NCBI RefSeq assembly: GCF_036365525.1
Contig: NC_090404.1
Location: 43,471,544 to 43,535,543 of the forward strand
From: Heterodontus francisci
Lineage: Eukaryota
Length of the DNA: 64,000 nucleotides
Direction: 5' to 3'
Position 1 is the first letter of the stretch, and the number at the start of each line of letters is the position of its first letter. Under the pieces are notes generated by a model. The model worked only from the letters and a program-made list of their open reading frames with translations. It was not told where the DNA came from and made no database searches. Position numbers and translations under genes: made by a program. Below are positions 24,660 through 37,312 of this stretch, piece by piece.

Positions 24660-25430
24660 TTTTTTGTTCATTGGATGTGGGCGTCGCTGGCAAGGCCAGC
24701 ATTTATTGCCCATCCCCAATTGGCCTTGAGGAAGTTGTGGTGAGCCACCTTCTTGAACCACTGCATCCCTTGGGGTGTAAGTACACCCATAGTGCTGTTA
24801 GGAAGAGTGTTCCAGGATTTTGACCCAGCCACAGTGAAAGAACCGCGATATAGTTCCAAGTTTTGATGTCGGTGGCTTGGAGGGGAACTTGCAGGTGGTG
24901 GTGTTCCCATGCACCTGCTACCCTTGTCCTTATAGGCAGTAGTGGTCGCAGGTTCGGTCAGTACTGTTAGGGAGCCTTGTTGCGTTGCTGCAGTGCATTT
25001 TGTAGATGGTACACATTGTTGGAACTGTGCGTCAGTGATGAAGGAAGTGAATGCTGAAGGTAGTGGATGGGGTGCCGATCAAGCGGGCTGCTTTGCCCTG
25101 GATGGTATCGAGCTTCTTGCGTGTTGTTGGAGCGACATCTATCCAGGCAAGTAGAGAGTATTCCATTATACTCCTGACCTGTGCCTTGTAGATGGTGGAC
25201 AGGCTTTGGGGAGTCTGGAGGTGAATTACTCGCTGCAGGATTCCTAGCCTCTGACCTGCTCTTGTAGTCATGGTATTTGTATGGCTCCTCCACTTCAGTT
25301 TTCGGTTAATGGTAAACCCCAGGATGTTGATAGTGGGGGATTCAGCAATCATAATTTCAAGGGGAGATGGTTAGATTTTCTCTTGTTGGAGATGGTCATT
25401 GCCTGGAACTTGTGTGATGCAAATATTACT
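24660..25430 (-). mobile_element. CR1/L2-group LINE 3' part (same family as 28570-31050)
   Basis: ORFs ESPTINILG...YKAQVRSIMEYS...LDTIQGKAARLIG and SWNTLPN...HHNFLKANWGWAINAGLASDAHI. Confidence 0.9.
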
Positions 25431-26599
25431 CTGGGCAGGGAGTAACCTGCTGGGTAATGGTCCGTTTGAGTGGAACAAGCTCCATCATAATGTCACGCAT
25501 TTTATGAGTTCCTTTCTCACACGGATAGGATTTTTGAGACCAGTTTACTTGCAGGTTGGGCCTTCATATATTTGATAGTCAGATGACACACAACACAGTC
25601 ACTGTGTTAAAATCACCCTAACCAACTGACTTTGAGACTCCTAGTTTAAACCCTCTACTCAGTTAACATTTGTAATCTTAATTAATACATATTTGAATAG
25701 GCATTTGCCACTGAGTTAGTGGAATGGTTTACAGCAGCCAACTTCATCAACGGCGTCTGTTCTAATAGAAAAGGCTGCCAGTGAATGATCAGAAGCAACA
25801 ACATTCGGCCAGGTTGGGCACTCTGCAGAAAGATAGGAAATGGTACAGTTGAGATCAGAAATCAATGAAGACAGTTTCATTGTGCCCTGATATGCATGTG
25901 GTTTACAAATAGTATTTTCACTCTGTTATTGCTGCCACACTTCAGGTGCAGCGATTAGTTCCAGATGTTTCAGCATTTCTCAGCATTAAACATAATCACT
26001 TGACAGTGAATGAGAATCAATCAGTCATAGCTGACTGGAGTTACCTGGAGGTCAGACCTGGTCGGGAAAGCGGGTTCCGATCTCTGAAAGGAATTGTTAA
26101 ATTAATTGGATCTTTGTGACAATCCAGCTTTTTTTGGGCCATTCTTTTCCTGGTTCAGGCCTAGAAATTACCAATTGATTGACTGCAGCTTTGCAATGTG
26201 CTATAATATAACTTGCCTTCACTGCCTCCGTGTTGTTAGTTTCTGATCTTCAAAAGGTGCACAACACAGACTCAGTTACAATTCAGTAGCAGAGCAGACA
26301 TGATTATCCTCAATTACAAACATTAAATCACTTATTCCAATACCAGTTTGACTCTGTATTAAGAGATGGTGTCAGCACTGTAACTGTATTGTTAAAATGA
26401 ACACTTTTTAACTTGCAGTTAACATGCCGCCCCAATTCCTTGAACTGTTTCTTCACATGTTAAATTTCATCGTCATTGATACGGATGCCTTTTGCTCAAG
26501 GGAACCAAACACTGACGAGACAACCTAAGCAGTTCGCAACTTCTGCAACAACTCTATCCGAATCTACATTTAACTCATTCTCACTGACAATATCACAGA

Positions 26600-28150
26600 T
26601 CATACGAATATACGAACATACGAACATATGATCTAGGAGCAGAAGTAGGCCATTCGGCCCCTCGAGCCTGCTCTGCCGTTCAATAAGATCATGGTTGATC
26701 TGTTTGTATTCGAATTCCACTCTCCCATCTACCCACAATAGCCCTTGATTCCCTTGTCTATCAAGAATCTATTTACTTGCACTTTAAAAATATTCAATGA
26801 CTTCGCCTCCACCACCTTCTGAGACGGAGAGTTCCAAAATCCCATAACCCTCTGAGAGAAAAATATCCCCATCTCTGTCCTAAAAGGTCGACCCCTAATT
26901 TTAAAACAGACTGACACACAAGAGGAAACAGCCTCTCCACATTGACCTTTTCAAGACCGTTCAGGATTTTATAAACTTCAACCAAGTCTCCCCTCATTCT
27001 TCTAAACTCCAGTCAAAACAAGCTCAGTCTGCACAACCTTTCCTCATAAGACAGCCCACTCATTCCAGGGATCAATCTAGTAAACCTCCTCTGAACCGCT
27101 TCCAATGTATTTACATCCTTCCTTAAATCAGGACACCAAAACTGCACACAGTATTCGAGATGTGGGCTCACTAATGCCTTGTATAACTGAAGCATGACAT
27201 CCTTACTTTTATTTTCAATTCCTTCCATTTTAAAGGATACCATTCCATTAGCCTTCTTTATTACTTGCTGTATCTGCATACTAACTTTTTGTGACTTACG
27301 CACTAGAACACCTTGATCCTTCTGCACGTCAAAATTCTGCAGCCGTTCTCCATTTAAGTTTTACTCTCCCTGCCAAAGTGAATAACTATACATTTTCCTA
27401 CATTATACTCCATCTGCCAGATTTGTTCCCACACATTCAGCCTATCTCTGTCGGTCAGCAACCTCCTTATATTCTCTTCACAACGTACTTTCCTACCTAT
27501 CATTGTGTCATCTGTACATTTAGCTGCCGTGCCATCATTTCATTCACCCAAGTCATTGATATAAATTGTAAGAAGTTGAGGCCCCAGCACAGACCCCTGC
27601 AGGACTCCACTCTTCACGTCCTGGCAATCAGAATAGAACCCATTCATGCATATTCTATGTTTTCTGCTCGCCAGCCAATCTTCTATCCATGCTAGTATGT
27701 TATCCACTCCACCATGAGCTCCTACTTTTCACAATAACATTTTATCTGGCTCTTTGTCAAGTGCCTTCTGGAAATCCAAGTACAGTACGTCAACGGGCTC
27801 CCCTTTACCCCCAGCGTTTTCCACTCCTTCAAAGAACTCCAACAAATTTGGGAAACATGATTTCGCTTTCACAAAACCATGCTGATTATTCCTGATTCTT
27901 TTGAATTTTTCTAAGTTCTCAGCTACAATCTCCTTAATAATCGCTTCTAACACCTTCCCCACAACAGACGTCAAGCTTATAGTTACCTGTTTTCTGTCTC
28001 TCACCACAACCCGCTCCCTCACCAACCACCACTCCCCCCCCCCACCGCGCCTCCCACCCCCTCCCCCCTGCCACTTCTTGAATCGAGCTATTTTCCAGTC
28101 TAATGGAACCTTTCCAGAATCGAGCCAATATTGAAAAATTAACACCAACA
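26600..28150 (-). mobile_element. CR1 LINE, 5'-truncated, with (CATACGAA)n tail
   Basis: ORFs 27729-28223, 27013-27327 and 26794-26997 with RT motifs (SLTSVVGK, QHGFVK, LYLDFQKA, HLEYCVQFW); octamer tail repeats at ~26600-26630. Confidence 0.93.
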
Positions 28151-28569
28151 CATCTACTGGATCATGCTGCTTTACAACCTGGAGATCAAAGTTCACTCTA
28201 TATCTATTTATAATATAATACAATTCTCATACAGAGAATATGTGATCCAAAATAGTTCACTATATTTGCTGAAAGATGCAGTGGGATGGAAGATGTCTAT
28301 CTCTTAAAATGAGACACTCTCAATGATATGCCAAGGGACGTGTTAAGGGTTGGTTGACAGTTGCATTTTTGACAGTGATAACCCTATCCCTCTGAATGAC
28401 ATTTATTTCATTGTCAACACTATTGACTTACCATGAAATATAACCATATGATTTATTGAACTGGTTGCCTGTTATTATTTTGCTACCAGGTAGTCCTTTC
28501 TGTTCACATGAACTCTGTGCTAGTAGAGTGTGTTTGTACTCTTCCAACAAAACGATATGCTGCTACTAA

Positions 28570-31050
28570 CAATGGCTCCAGATCCACAGCAATGTGGTTG
28601 ACTCTAACATGCCTTCTGAAACGGCCCAGCAAGCCACTCAGATGCATCTAACCGCTATTATGTCAATAAACAATGGAACAAGATGGACAACCCAGCATCT
28701 AACTAGGCACTGGCAAACCCAGACCTGTCGATGCTGCAAAGTCCTCCATCATAACTTCTGGGCGCTTGTGCCAAAGGTGGGAGAGCTGTCCCACAGACGA
28801 GCCCAGAAACAGCCTGACATAGTCATACTCACAGGATAATAGCTTCTGGACAATGTGCAAGATACCACCATCACTATCCCTGGGTCTGTCCTGCCCCACC
28901 GTCAGGACAGACCCAGCAGAGGTGGTGATACAGAGATAGACAGTTGGGAGGGAGTTGCCTTTGGAGTCCTCAACATGGACTCCAGACCCCATGAAGTCTC
29001 ATAACATCAAGTCAAACATGGGCAAGGAAACCTCCTGCTGATTACTACCTACTGCCCTCCCTCGGCTGATGAATCAGTACTTCTCCACGTTGAACAGCAC
29101 TGAGATGAAGCACTGAGGGTGGCAAGAGCACAGAATGTACTCTGGATGGGGGACTTCAATGACCATCACCAAGAGTGGCTCGGCAGCATCACTGCTGGCC
29201 GAGTCCTAAAGGACATAGCTGCTACACTGGGTCTGTGGCAGGTGGTGAGGGAACCAACAAGAGGGAAAAACATACTTGACCTCGTCCTCACCAATCTGCC
29301 TGCCGCAGATGCATCTGTCCATGTCAGTATCAGTGGGAGTGACCAACGCTCAATCCTTGTGGAGACAAATTCACACCTTCACATTGAGTGTACCGTCCAC
29401 CATATTGTGTGACACTACCACCGTGCTAAATTGGATAGATTTCTAACAGATCTAGCAATGCAAAACTGGGCATCCTTGAGGCGCTGTGGACCATCAGCAG
29501 CAGCAGACTTGTACTCAACCGCATCTGTAACCTCATGGCGTGGCACATACCCCACTCTACCATGACCATCAAGCTGGGATTCAAACCCTGGGTCAATGAA
29601 GAGTGCAGGAGGGCATGCCAGGAGCAGCACCAGGCATACCTCAAAAGGAGATGCCAACCTGGTGAAGCTACAACCAAGGAATAATTACATACCAAACTGC
29701 GTAAGCAGCATCTGATAGACAAAGCTAAGTGATCCCACAACCAACGAATCAGCTCTATGCTCTGCAATCCTGCCATATCCAATCGTGAATGGTGGTGGAA
29801 ATTAAACAACTAACTGGAGGAGTTGGCTCTACAAATATCTCCATCCTCAATGATGGAGGAGCCCAACATATCAGTGCAAAAGATAAGGCTGATGCATTTG
29901 CAAAAATCTTCAGCCAGACGTGCTGTGTTGATGATCTATCTCGGCCTCCTCCTGAAGTCCCCAGCATCACAGGAGCTAGTCTTCAGCCAATTCTATTCAC
30001 TTCGCATGATATCAAGAAATGACGTGAGGATCCTGCAAAGGCTATGCGCCCTGACAACATTCCTGCAATAGTAATGAAGACCCGTGCTCCAGAATTTGCC
30101 CCGCCCCGAGACAAGCTCTTCCAGTACAGCTACAACACGGGCATATACCCGGCAATGTGGAAAATTGCCCAGGGATGTCCAGTACACAAAAAGCAGGACA
30201 ATTCCAACCCAGCCAATTACCACCCCATCAGACTACTCTCAATCATCAGTAAGGTGATGGAAGTTATCATCGACAGTACGATCAAGCGTCACAGATGTGC
30301 CAGGCAATGACCATCTCCAACAAGAGAGAATCTAACCATATGCCCTTGGCCATCACTGGCATTACGATCGCTGAATCTCCCACTATCAACATCGTGGGGG
30401 CTACCATTGAACAGAAACTGAACTGGAGTAGTCATATGGCTACAAGATCAGGTCAGAGGCGAGGAATCCTGCGGCGAGTAGCTCACCTCTGGACTCCCCA
30501 AAGCCTGCTCACCATCCAAAAGTCACAAGTCAGGAGTGTGATGGAATACTCTCCAGTTGCCTTAATGGGTGCAGCTCCAACAACACTCAAGAAGTTCGAC
30601 ACCATCCAGGACAAAACAGGCCTCTTGTGTGGCACCACATCCACAAACATTCACTCCCTCCACCACTGATGCACAGTGGCAGCAGTGTGTACCATCTACA
30701 AGATGCACTGCAGCAACGCACAGGTGCTTAGACAGCACCTTCCAAACCCACGACCTCTACCACCTAGAAGGACAAGGACAGCAAATGCATGGGAACACCA
30801 CCACCTGCAAGTTCCCCTCCAAGTCACACACCATTCTGACTTGGAGCGAGATCGCAATTCCTTCACTGTCGCTGGGTCAAAATCCTGGAACTCCCTCCCA
30901 AACAGGAATGTGGGTGTCCCTACCCCACATGGACTGCAGCAGTTCAAGAAAACAACTCACCACCACCTTCTCAAGGGCAATTAGGAATGGGCAACAAATG
31001 CTGGCCTAGCCAGCGACACCAACATCCCATGAATGAATTTTTCAAAAAGT
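28570..31050 (+). mobile_element. Near full-span CR1/L2-group LINE (APE endonuclease plus RT with internal deletion), pseudogenised
   Basis: APE motifs (PDIVILT, HRQDRPSRGG, TTYCPPS, WMGDFN, REPTRGKNILDLVLTN), RT start (GIYPAMWKIA...NYHPIRLLSIISKVME), a jump at ~30295 past the RT core to ESPTINI...QVRSVMEYS, and the 3' end HHLLKGN* with tail. Confidence 0.9.
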
Positions 31051-31865
31051 CTCCAAAGGAGACAAGAGAATTTCTCCAAACAGGGTTTCCATGGTGGATA
31101 ATTCCAACCACTACCGCTCGACATCCAATCCCAGCACTAACAGGTTGAATTTTATGGACTGAAAATATTTTAAGCCACTGGAACAGTTTTCGGGTCCTCA
31201 CCCCTTTTTGTGCCTTCTGGTTCAAACTTCCATAACGCAGCCAATTGACAATCTGCCTCCGGGGTCATTGTCCAGTTAGGGATAGTGGGTAGCCTGAGGA
31301 AGCAACGGGTCGATTGAGCGCTCATATTACAAGCATGGCGTACAGCCTCCACCGTGTCTGCATTGAGAGTGCTGCAGAGGGGAATGTCACAGGAGCTGGA
31401 AGGACTAATGGAGGCACAATCAGTCTGAAAGGAGCGGTTAGCACAGCATCACCCACAGCACGATCAGTGACATCAGTCTCCAGGAGCTCCTCACACAAGG
31501 CAAGCCTCTGTCAATGGAAGAAATCAGTCTTGCCACATTTTGCCATTAAAGGTTAGAATGCCTTGAACTCTCAGGCTGCTTTGTTCATGCAACCGCCTCC
31601 TCTGAAGACGTTCTGCTCTGGGATATGTACGATGCTGGGAAAATTGCAATGTCGATTGGGGATTGCGGTTAATTGCCTAATTGTCCACCTCCATTAGCTT
31701 CCGGCCGCTGCAGGCTGTGTTGCTGATATTGGAGTCAGCCCGCCCTGGGTAAAGCGGCCAGGTGCGGGAACACATCGGCAAAACAGACGGACGCCTTTTT
31801 CACTAATGTTGCTCGTCTGGACTCCAAAACTGTCTCCCAGGGGCTTGTAAATTTATCTCTAAAGA

Positions 31866-32258
31866 TCCAGCCATGGCTCAGTGTTAGTACCGACACTTCT
31901 GAGTCAGAAGGTCAGGGATTCAATACCCACTTCAATCATTCCAGTACAATACTGAGGGAGGGTCATCCAAATGTGGCCTTTAACTGAAGCCCTGTCCACT
32001 TCTCAGGTGGGTGTCAAAGATCCCGCACCGCTATTTTGAAGAGAAAGGCATTTTTCACTGTGTCTTGGTGAATATTTATCCTTGACCAATCACAGAAGCA
32101 GATTATCTGGTCGATTATCTCATTGCTCTTTGTGGGGCCTTATTCACATATTGGCTGCTGTGTTTCCTATAGTGCAACACTTCGAGAAAAGAACAGCATG
32201 ACCGGTAAAGCCATAGTGATTTCATGAAAAGCGTGATATAAATTCGTGTCTTTCTTTA
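31866..32258 (+). mobile_element. DeuSINE-like SINE
   Basis: tRNA head GCCATGGCTCAGTG...CTGAGTCAGAAGGT, Deu-type core CTCAGGTGG..GT.AAAGATCCC, tail GAAAAGCG..ATATAAAT. Confidence 0.75.
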
Positions 32259-33290
32259 TGAGCATCCGAATTAGGAGTAGGAGTAGGCCATTCAGGCCCT
32301 TTGAACCTGTTCCTCCATTTAATCAGATCATGGCTGATCAGATTGTGGCCTCAGCTCCACTTTCCCACCTGCCTCCGATAGCCTTTGACTCTCTTGCTGG
32401 TCAAGAATTTATTTACCTCAGCATTAAAGATATTCAATGACGCTGCCTCCACCGCTCTCTGGGGAAGAAAGTTACAAAGGCTCGCAACCCTCTGGAGTGA
32501 AAACAAAATCTCCCCATCTTCGTCTTAAATGGGTGACCACTTATTTTTAAACTGTGTCTCCTAGTTCTAGACTATTTCACAGGGGGAAACGTCCTGTCAG
32601 CTGCCACCCTGTCAAGTCCCCTCAGGGTCTTATATGTTTCAATAAGATCACCTCTAATTCTTCTAACCTCCAATGGATACAGACCCAATCTGTCCAACCT
32701 CTCTTCATCAGATAAACCCGACATCCCAGGTATCAGTCTAATGAATCTCCTCTGAACTGCCTGTAATGCATTTTATATCCTTTCTTAAATAAGGAGACCA
32801 AAACTGAACGCAATACTCCGATGTCCTCCAACCAATACCCCATACAACTGTAGCAAAACATCTCTATCTTTATATTCCACCCACCTCCCCCCCCCCCCCC
32901 TTGCACTAAACAACAGCATTCAATTTGCCTTCCTAATCATTTGCTGTCTCTGCATATCAACCATTTGTGATTCATATGCCAGGACACCCAGATCCCTCTG
33001 TACCTCAGAGTTCTGCAATATCTCTCTATTTAAATAATATGCTGCTTTATTATTCTTCCTGCCAAAGTGGATAAGTTCACATTTTCCCACATTACTCTAC
33101 GTTTGCTAATTTTTTGCCCACTCACTTCACCTATCTATATTCCCTTGCAGACTCAAGTCCTCTTCACAACTGATTTTCCAACCTATTATTGTGTTATGAG
33201 CAAATTTAGCAACCATACATTCGATCCCTTCATCCAAGTCATGGATATAAATGGTAAATAGTTGAGGTTCCAGGCCTGTCGCTTTTGCCA
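32255..33290 (-). mobile_element. CR1 LINE 3' fragment
   Basis: PQLFTIYIHDLDEGIECMVAKFA and CR1 3' UTR (GTAGGCCATTC.GCCC.TTGA.CCTG). Confidence 0.88.
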
Positions 33291-33444
33291 CATGCTGGAG
33301 AGCATTGTTTTCATTATCAATAACATTCACACTGTTCTCAAGACAAATAACCACTGCATGAATCTATCCCTTATACCAATGCAGGTAGGCAATCCATACG
33401 AATTAGTACTAATCCCATTCATCCATTACCTGCTTTTTCACAAC

Positions 33445-34140
33445 CATAGAATTATACAGCACAAAAAGAGGCCTATCAGCCCATGATAGCTATGCCAGCT
33501 TTCTGCGAGAGCTAACCAGTTATCCTCACTCAATTGCTCTTTCCCCATAGCCCTGCAAATATTTCCTTTTAAGCGATTTCCAATTTCCTTTTGAATGCTC
33601 CTATTGAATATGTTTGAGCCGCATGTCAAGCAGCACAAACTAAATCATAACAGCTCACTGTGTAAAAAGGTTCTCCTCACCTCTCCCTTCAATCTTTTCC
33701 ATTTATCTTAAATCTGTGTCCTTTGGTTTCCGACCCTCTTGCCAGTGGAAACTGTTTATACCTACCTACTTTACTAAAAACCCTATTCATTTTAAACACC
33801 TGTATTAAATCTCCACTAACCGTTTTTCTAAGAAAAATCCCAGCTTCTCTATTCTCTTTACATAACTGAATTCCCTCATCCCTGGCAAATTTCCGTGGCA
33901 TCATCTTCATCCTTTCTAAAGTGCAGCACCAGGAATTGAAAACAAGACTCCAGCGAAAGCCTAATCACTAACTTATAAAGATTTAGCAGAACTTGTTTGT
34001 ATCTGTACTCTATGCCTTTATTAATAAAAGCATCTCGTTTGCTTTATGAATGGCCTTCTCAACTTGTCCTACCCTTTACAAAATTGTGTGTGTGAACCTC
34101 CAGGTCTCTTGTCCTTGTTCCCTCTTTAAAATTCATCTCC
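33445..34140 (-). mobile_element. CR1 LINE 3' fragment
   Basis: GDLIQVFK...FPLARGSETKGHRFKI and CR1 3' UTR. Confidence 0.8.
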
Positions 34141-35595
34141 TAACGTTATGACAACAATCTCCAAAACACCCCCAGCAGTGTCGCACAACAGTGTTTCTAT
34201 CATTTATCGATTTGCCATTATTAACCATATATCAGCCTTCGTGGAGATGTCAGTCCTGATATCTTTGCACTGCACCTTTCGTTGTTTCCTGTTAGCTTTT
34301 CATCTCCATCAACCCTCTCCAAGTTTGCATGGTTGAGAAGTAAGTTGATCAGATATATCAATTTTAGCTGCAGCTGTTTGAACTGCTCAACATGGGCCGG
34401 GTTCACCCCCAATTTACATAATGTCATGTTTTGATGCCTGCAGGAAATCAGAATTGAGAAGTTAGTTAGAAGTACTTCCTCACCTAAAAAAAAATCCGAA
34501 CAGAGATCTGTACACCAATCAATATTCAGCTAAAGTGAGAACAGTTGATCGACAGACGACAAGATTTATTAATATGTAGCGTTACAGGTGTGTCTTTAAG
34601 TACAAATACTTATTCAGGATCTAACTTTTAGATGGAAAACATTATTAGTTTGCTGCAGAATAACGCTCAGCTCGTAGAATGCCAGTCACTGAGCCATAAC
34701 TGAGCATTGGTCCCATACCAGCCATCTGTAGCATTTGGGTAGATTGTGACCTAGAGCCGAATAATACCAGTAACTGGTGCCAATAAACTTTGGAAATGTT
34801 GGTGCATGGCGGGCTGTCTGATTTATGTGAAATGCTTTGAGCTATTTATCAAACTTGCTATTACTTTAATAGTCATCAGTCCGTATTCTCTACCATTAAA
34901 ACTGATAGATCCACTTTAACTGCTTGCTGAGTAAACTTCTAATTGGTTTAACTTCGAAATATGTTATTCACTTTTCTCAACCATTGTCCAAGAAGAAATA
35001 GCAGAAATGAAACGTGTAACAAACGACAATTCTAACTTTTGTCCGACTTTATTCGACCTTAACATCTAATACTTTGAGAACAAATTCTGGCTGAGAGGTT
35101 TTGAGAGGAATTGAAACACGGGGATCTGAATTTGGATCTTGCAGTCTCAGCTTTAACTTGGAATGTGTAATCTCCAAACAGGTCAAAGTCGGACTTACTA
35201 TAAACCCAGTGATAAGGACAGAAAATAGAACAGCTTGAGATATATGACATCATCTTATTCCGTGCCTATTGCAAGTCGATTAATTCATTGTGGAGATTGT
35301 TCTGAACGATGACTGATGTGAGGAAAAGATTATTATTACTAGTTGGTGATATGGAAATGGGAAGGTAAAGGTGATCACACACAACGACTCAGTTAGTTCC
35401 TTGTTTTAGTTCCCTTATGATACGGAAATTTCAGGTTATAAGTGACACGGGGGCGAACCCCGCCTGTGTGCTGCGGTGAAAACCGTCAACATTGATTGGC
35501 TCAACTCAAGCCAGTATTTGCTTGTTAAAAACCATTAGGATCGAAACTACTTCGATGCTATTTGTGTATCTCAATTTATTCTGCTATATTATAAA

Positions 35596-35597
<2 letters not shown>

Positions 35598-35633
<36 letters not shown>
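35598..35633. repeat. (TA)n microsatellite
   Basis: Perfect alternating TA run. Confidence 0.95.
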
Positions 35634-35636
<3 letters not shown>

Positions 35637-37204
35637 CCCATGAAAATGGAGAAATAAGTGTCATTATCCGTAAAATAAAGAACTTGCATTTCCATGGCAC
35701 CTTTCACCACCCCATGACATATCAAAGTGCTTCACAAGCAATGAATAACCATGTTGATATATATTGTTTAAGGTTAAGAGGTTACATGGTGGCTCACTTG
35801 GACTTGCATTCCCTCATTTACATTCCCGGAGCAACATTCAGAAATCAAAAGTAATCGGTGTAACTTGACCACTCTAATGAATATTTCTGAAGTAAAGGTC
35901 CTTATCTTTAGCCATGAGGCCAGCGCCCTTGCACCAGGTTCCCTGCTTGGCTCATGCATGGAAACTGATTAGTTGTAGTAGGGATCCAAGAACTGGGAGA
36001 GGCCACATGGAACCCCAGTCCAGCCAGGGTTAGAGTGCTGTGGTGCATGTGGGAAAACTCTGCATAAATATTGCTTTGGACTGATGTGACTGTTGACACT
36101 GGTGTTCGGGGTGAACGCTGCAAGGAATGGTCCTAACTATGGTAGTTAATGTGTGTCAATTTAATGTTAGTGCCAGTGTGATCAGAAAACTGAGGGGATT
36201 AACAATACTGAGCATGAGCCTGCAGAATGTGTCAGTGATACTGACTGTGGGATTAGTCATGAGAGTGTAAATGTTAATGTAATAAGTAAAAGTGATAGAG
36301 GAAGTTTATCCTCTAAGTCATCCTTGGAAATCTCAACAGTCTCTGGTAAGTTTGAAAGATTTTGCTTCCACTTCCCTGTCAGAAGACGATTCCAAAGATT
36401 GGTCATTCTTTCTGTATAGAAGCTCAATCTTACATCAGTCCTGAACGTCCCTTTTCCAGTGTGTACCTGCATCTTATGTACCTGCAATCACAGTTGAACT
36501 TGAATTCGAGCTTGTATTTAACCTTTCCTATTCCACTTATACATTCTCCTCTTTCAAAGACCAAATAATCCAAGACTTCCTGACCTTTGCTCATAAGCTA
36601 GCCCTCTGAGGGTAGCGATGCTCTCAGAGACCCGTCCTTGCTCTAGTCCCAGGGCTTGGCTCTTTCTATTGCTCAACTGGGGCCAAAACTGAAATCTATA
36701 TCCATGGCAGGGCCTGAAGGTTCACTATGTCACGTCAACGTGATAGTCTTTGAACTGTGCCTTTGAACTGAGGTAGCGATGCAGCTGAGCATCCAGTCTC
36801 CTTCTTAAAAATGGCTCTGTTATCTACTATGGTTCCAGGGTCATTGTTAATCTTTAGCAGCTGCCTGCTGTGGGAACGAGAGTCCGCACTGCCTGAATAT
36901 CTCAATGTTCTGAGTGACCCGTAGGACTGGCACACAATGAGTTAAAACAGTTTGCTGCTGAACACAGAACTGCAAGGCTGAATATCGGATTGTCAGCCAT
37001 GTATACATTGTCTGAAAGGAAGCACTCAACAATATCTTTAAGGATCTAGAATATACCTATGAGAAATGGCTCTGAGCTAATTAATGTCACATCAACATGA
37101 TAAAGGGTCAGTCAGAAGGGATTGAGCACAAAATCTATTTTCGTCTGTACATGTATCTTTGTTTAACTTTGTTTCTATCACCTGCATTAGAACTGATGCT
37201 AATC

Positions 37205-37312
37205 AGACTGTTCTGATGGAAGATCATCGATGTGAAACGTTCACTCACTTTCTCTCTCCACAGATGTTGCCTGACCTGCTGAGTATTTCCAGCATTCTTT
37301 CTTTTTAATTAG
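37205..37312 (+). repeat. Short Penelope-pLTR-like repeat with degenerate hammerhead core
   Basis: CTGATGGAAGATCATCGATGTGAAACG followed by TCTCTCTCCACAGATG.TGCCTGACCTGCTGAGTATTTCCAGCATT; related copies at ~8010-8100, ~10670-10735 and 40120-40310. Confidence 0.55.

Noticed and set aside
35440-35512. Weak tRNA-Glu-like words on the minus strand (GGTTTTCACC...GGGTTCG)
   Set aside because: Too degenerate to support a call by eye; no A-box or acceptor-stem match.
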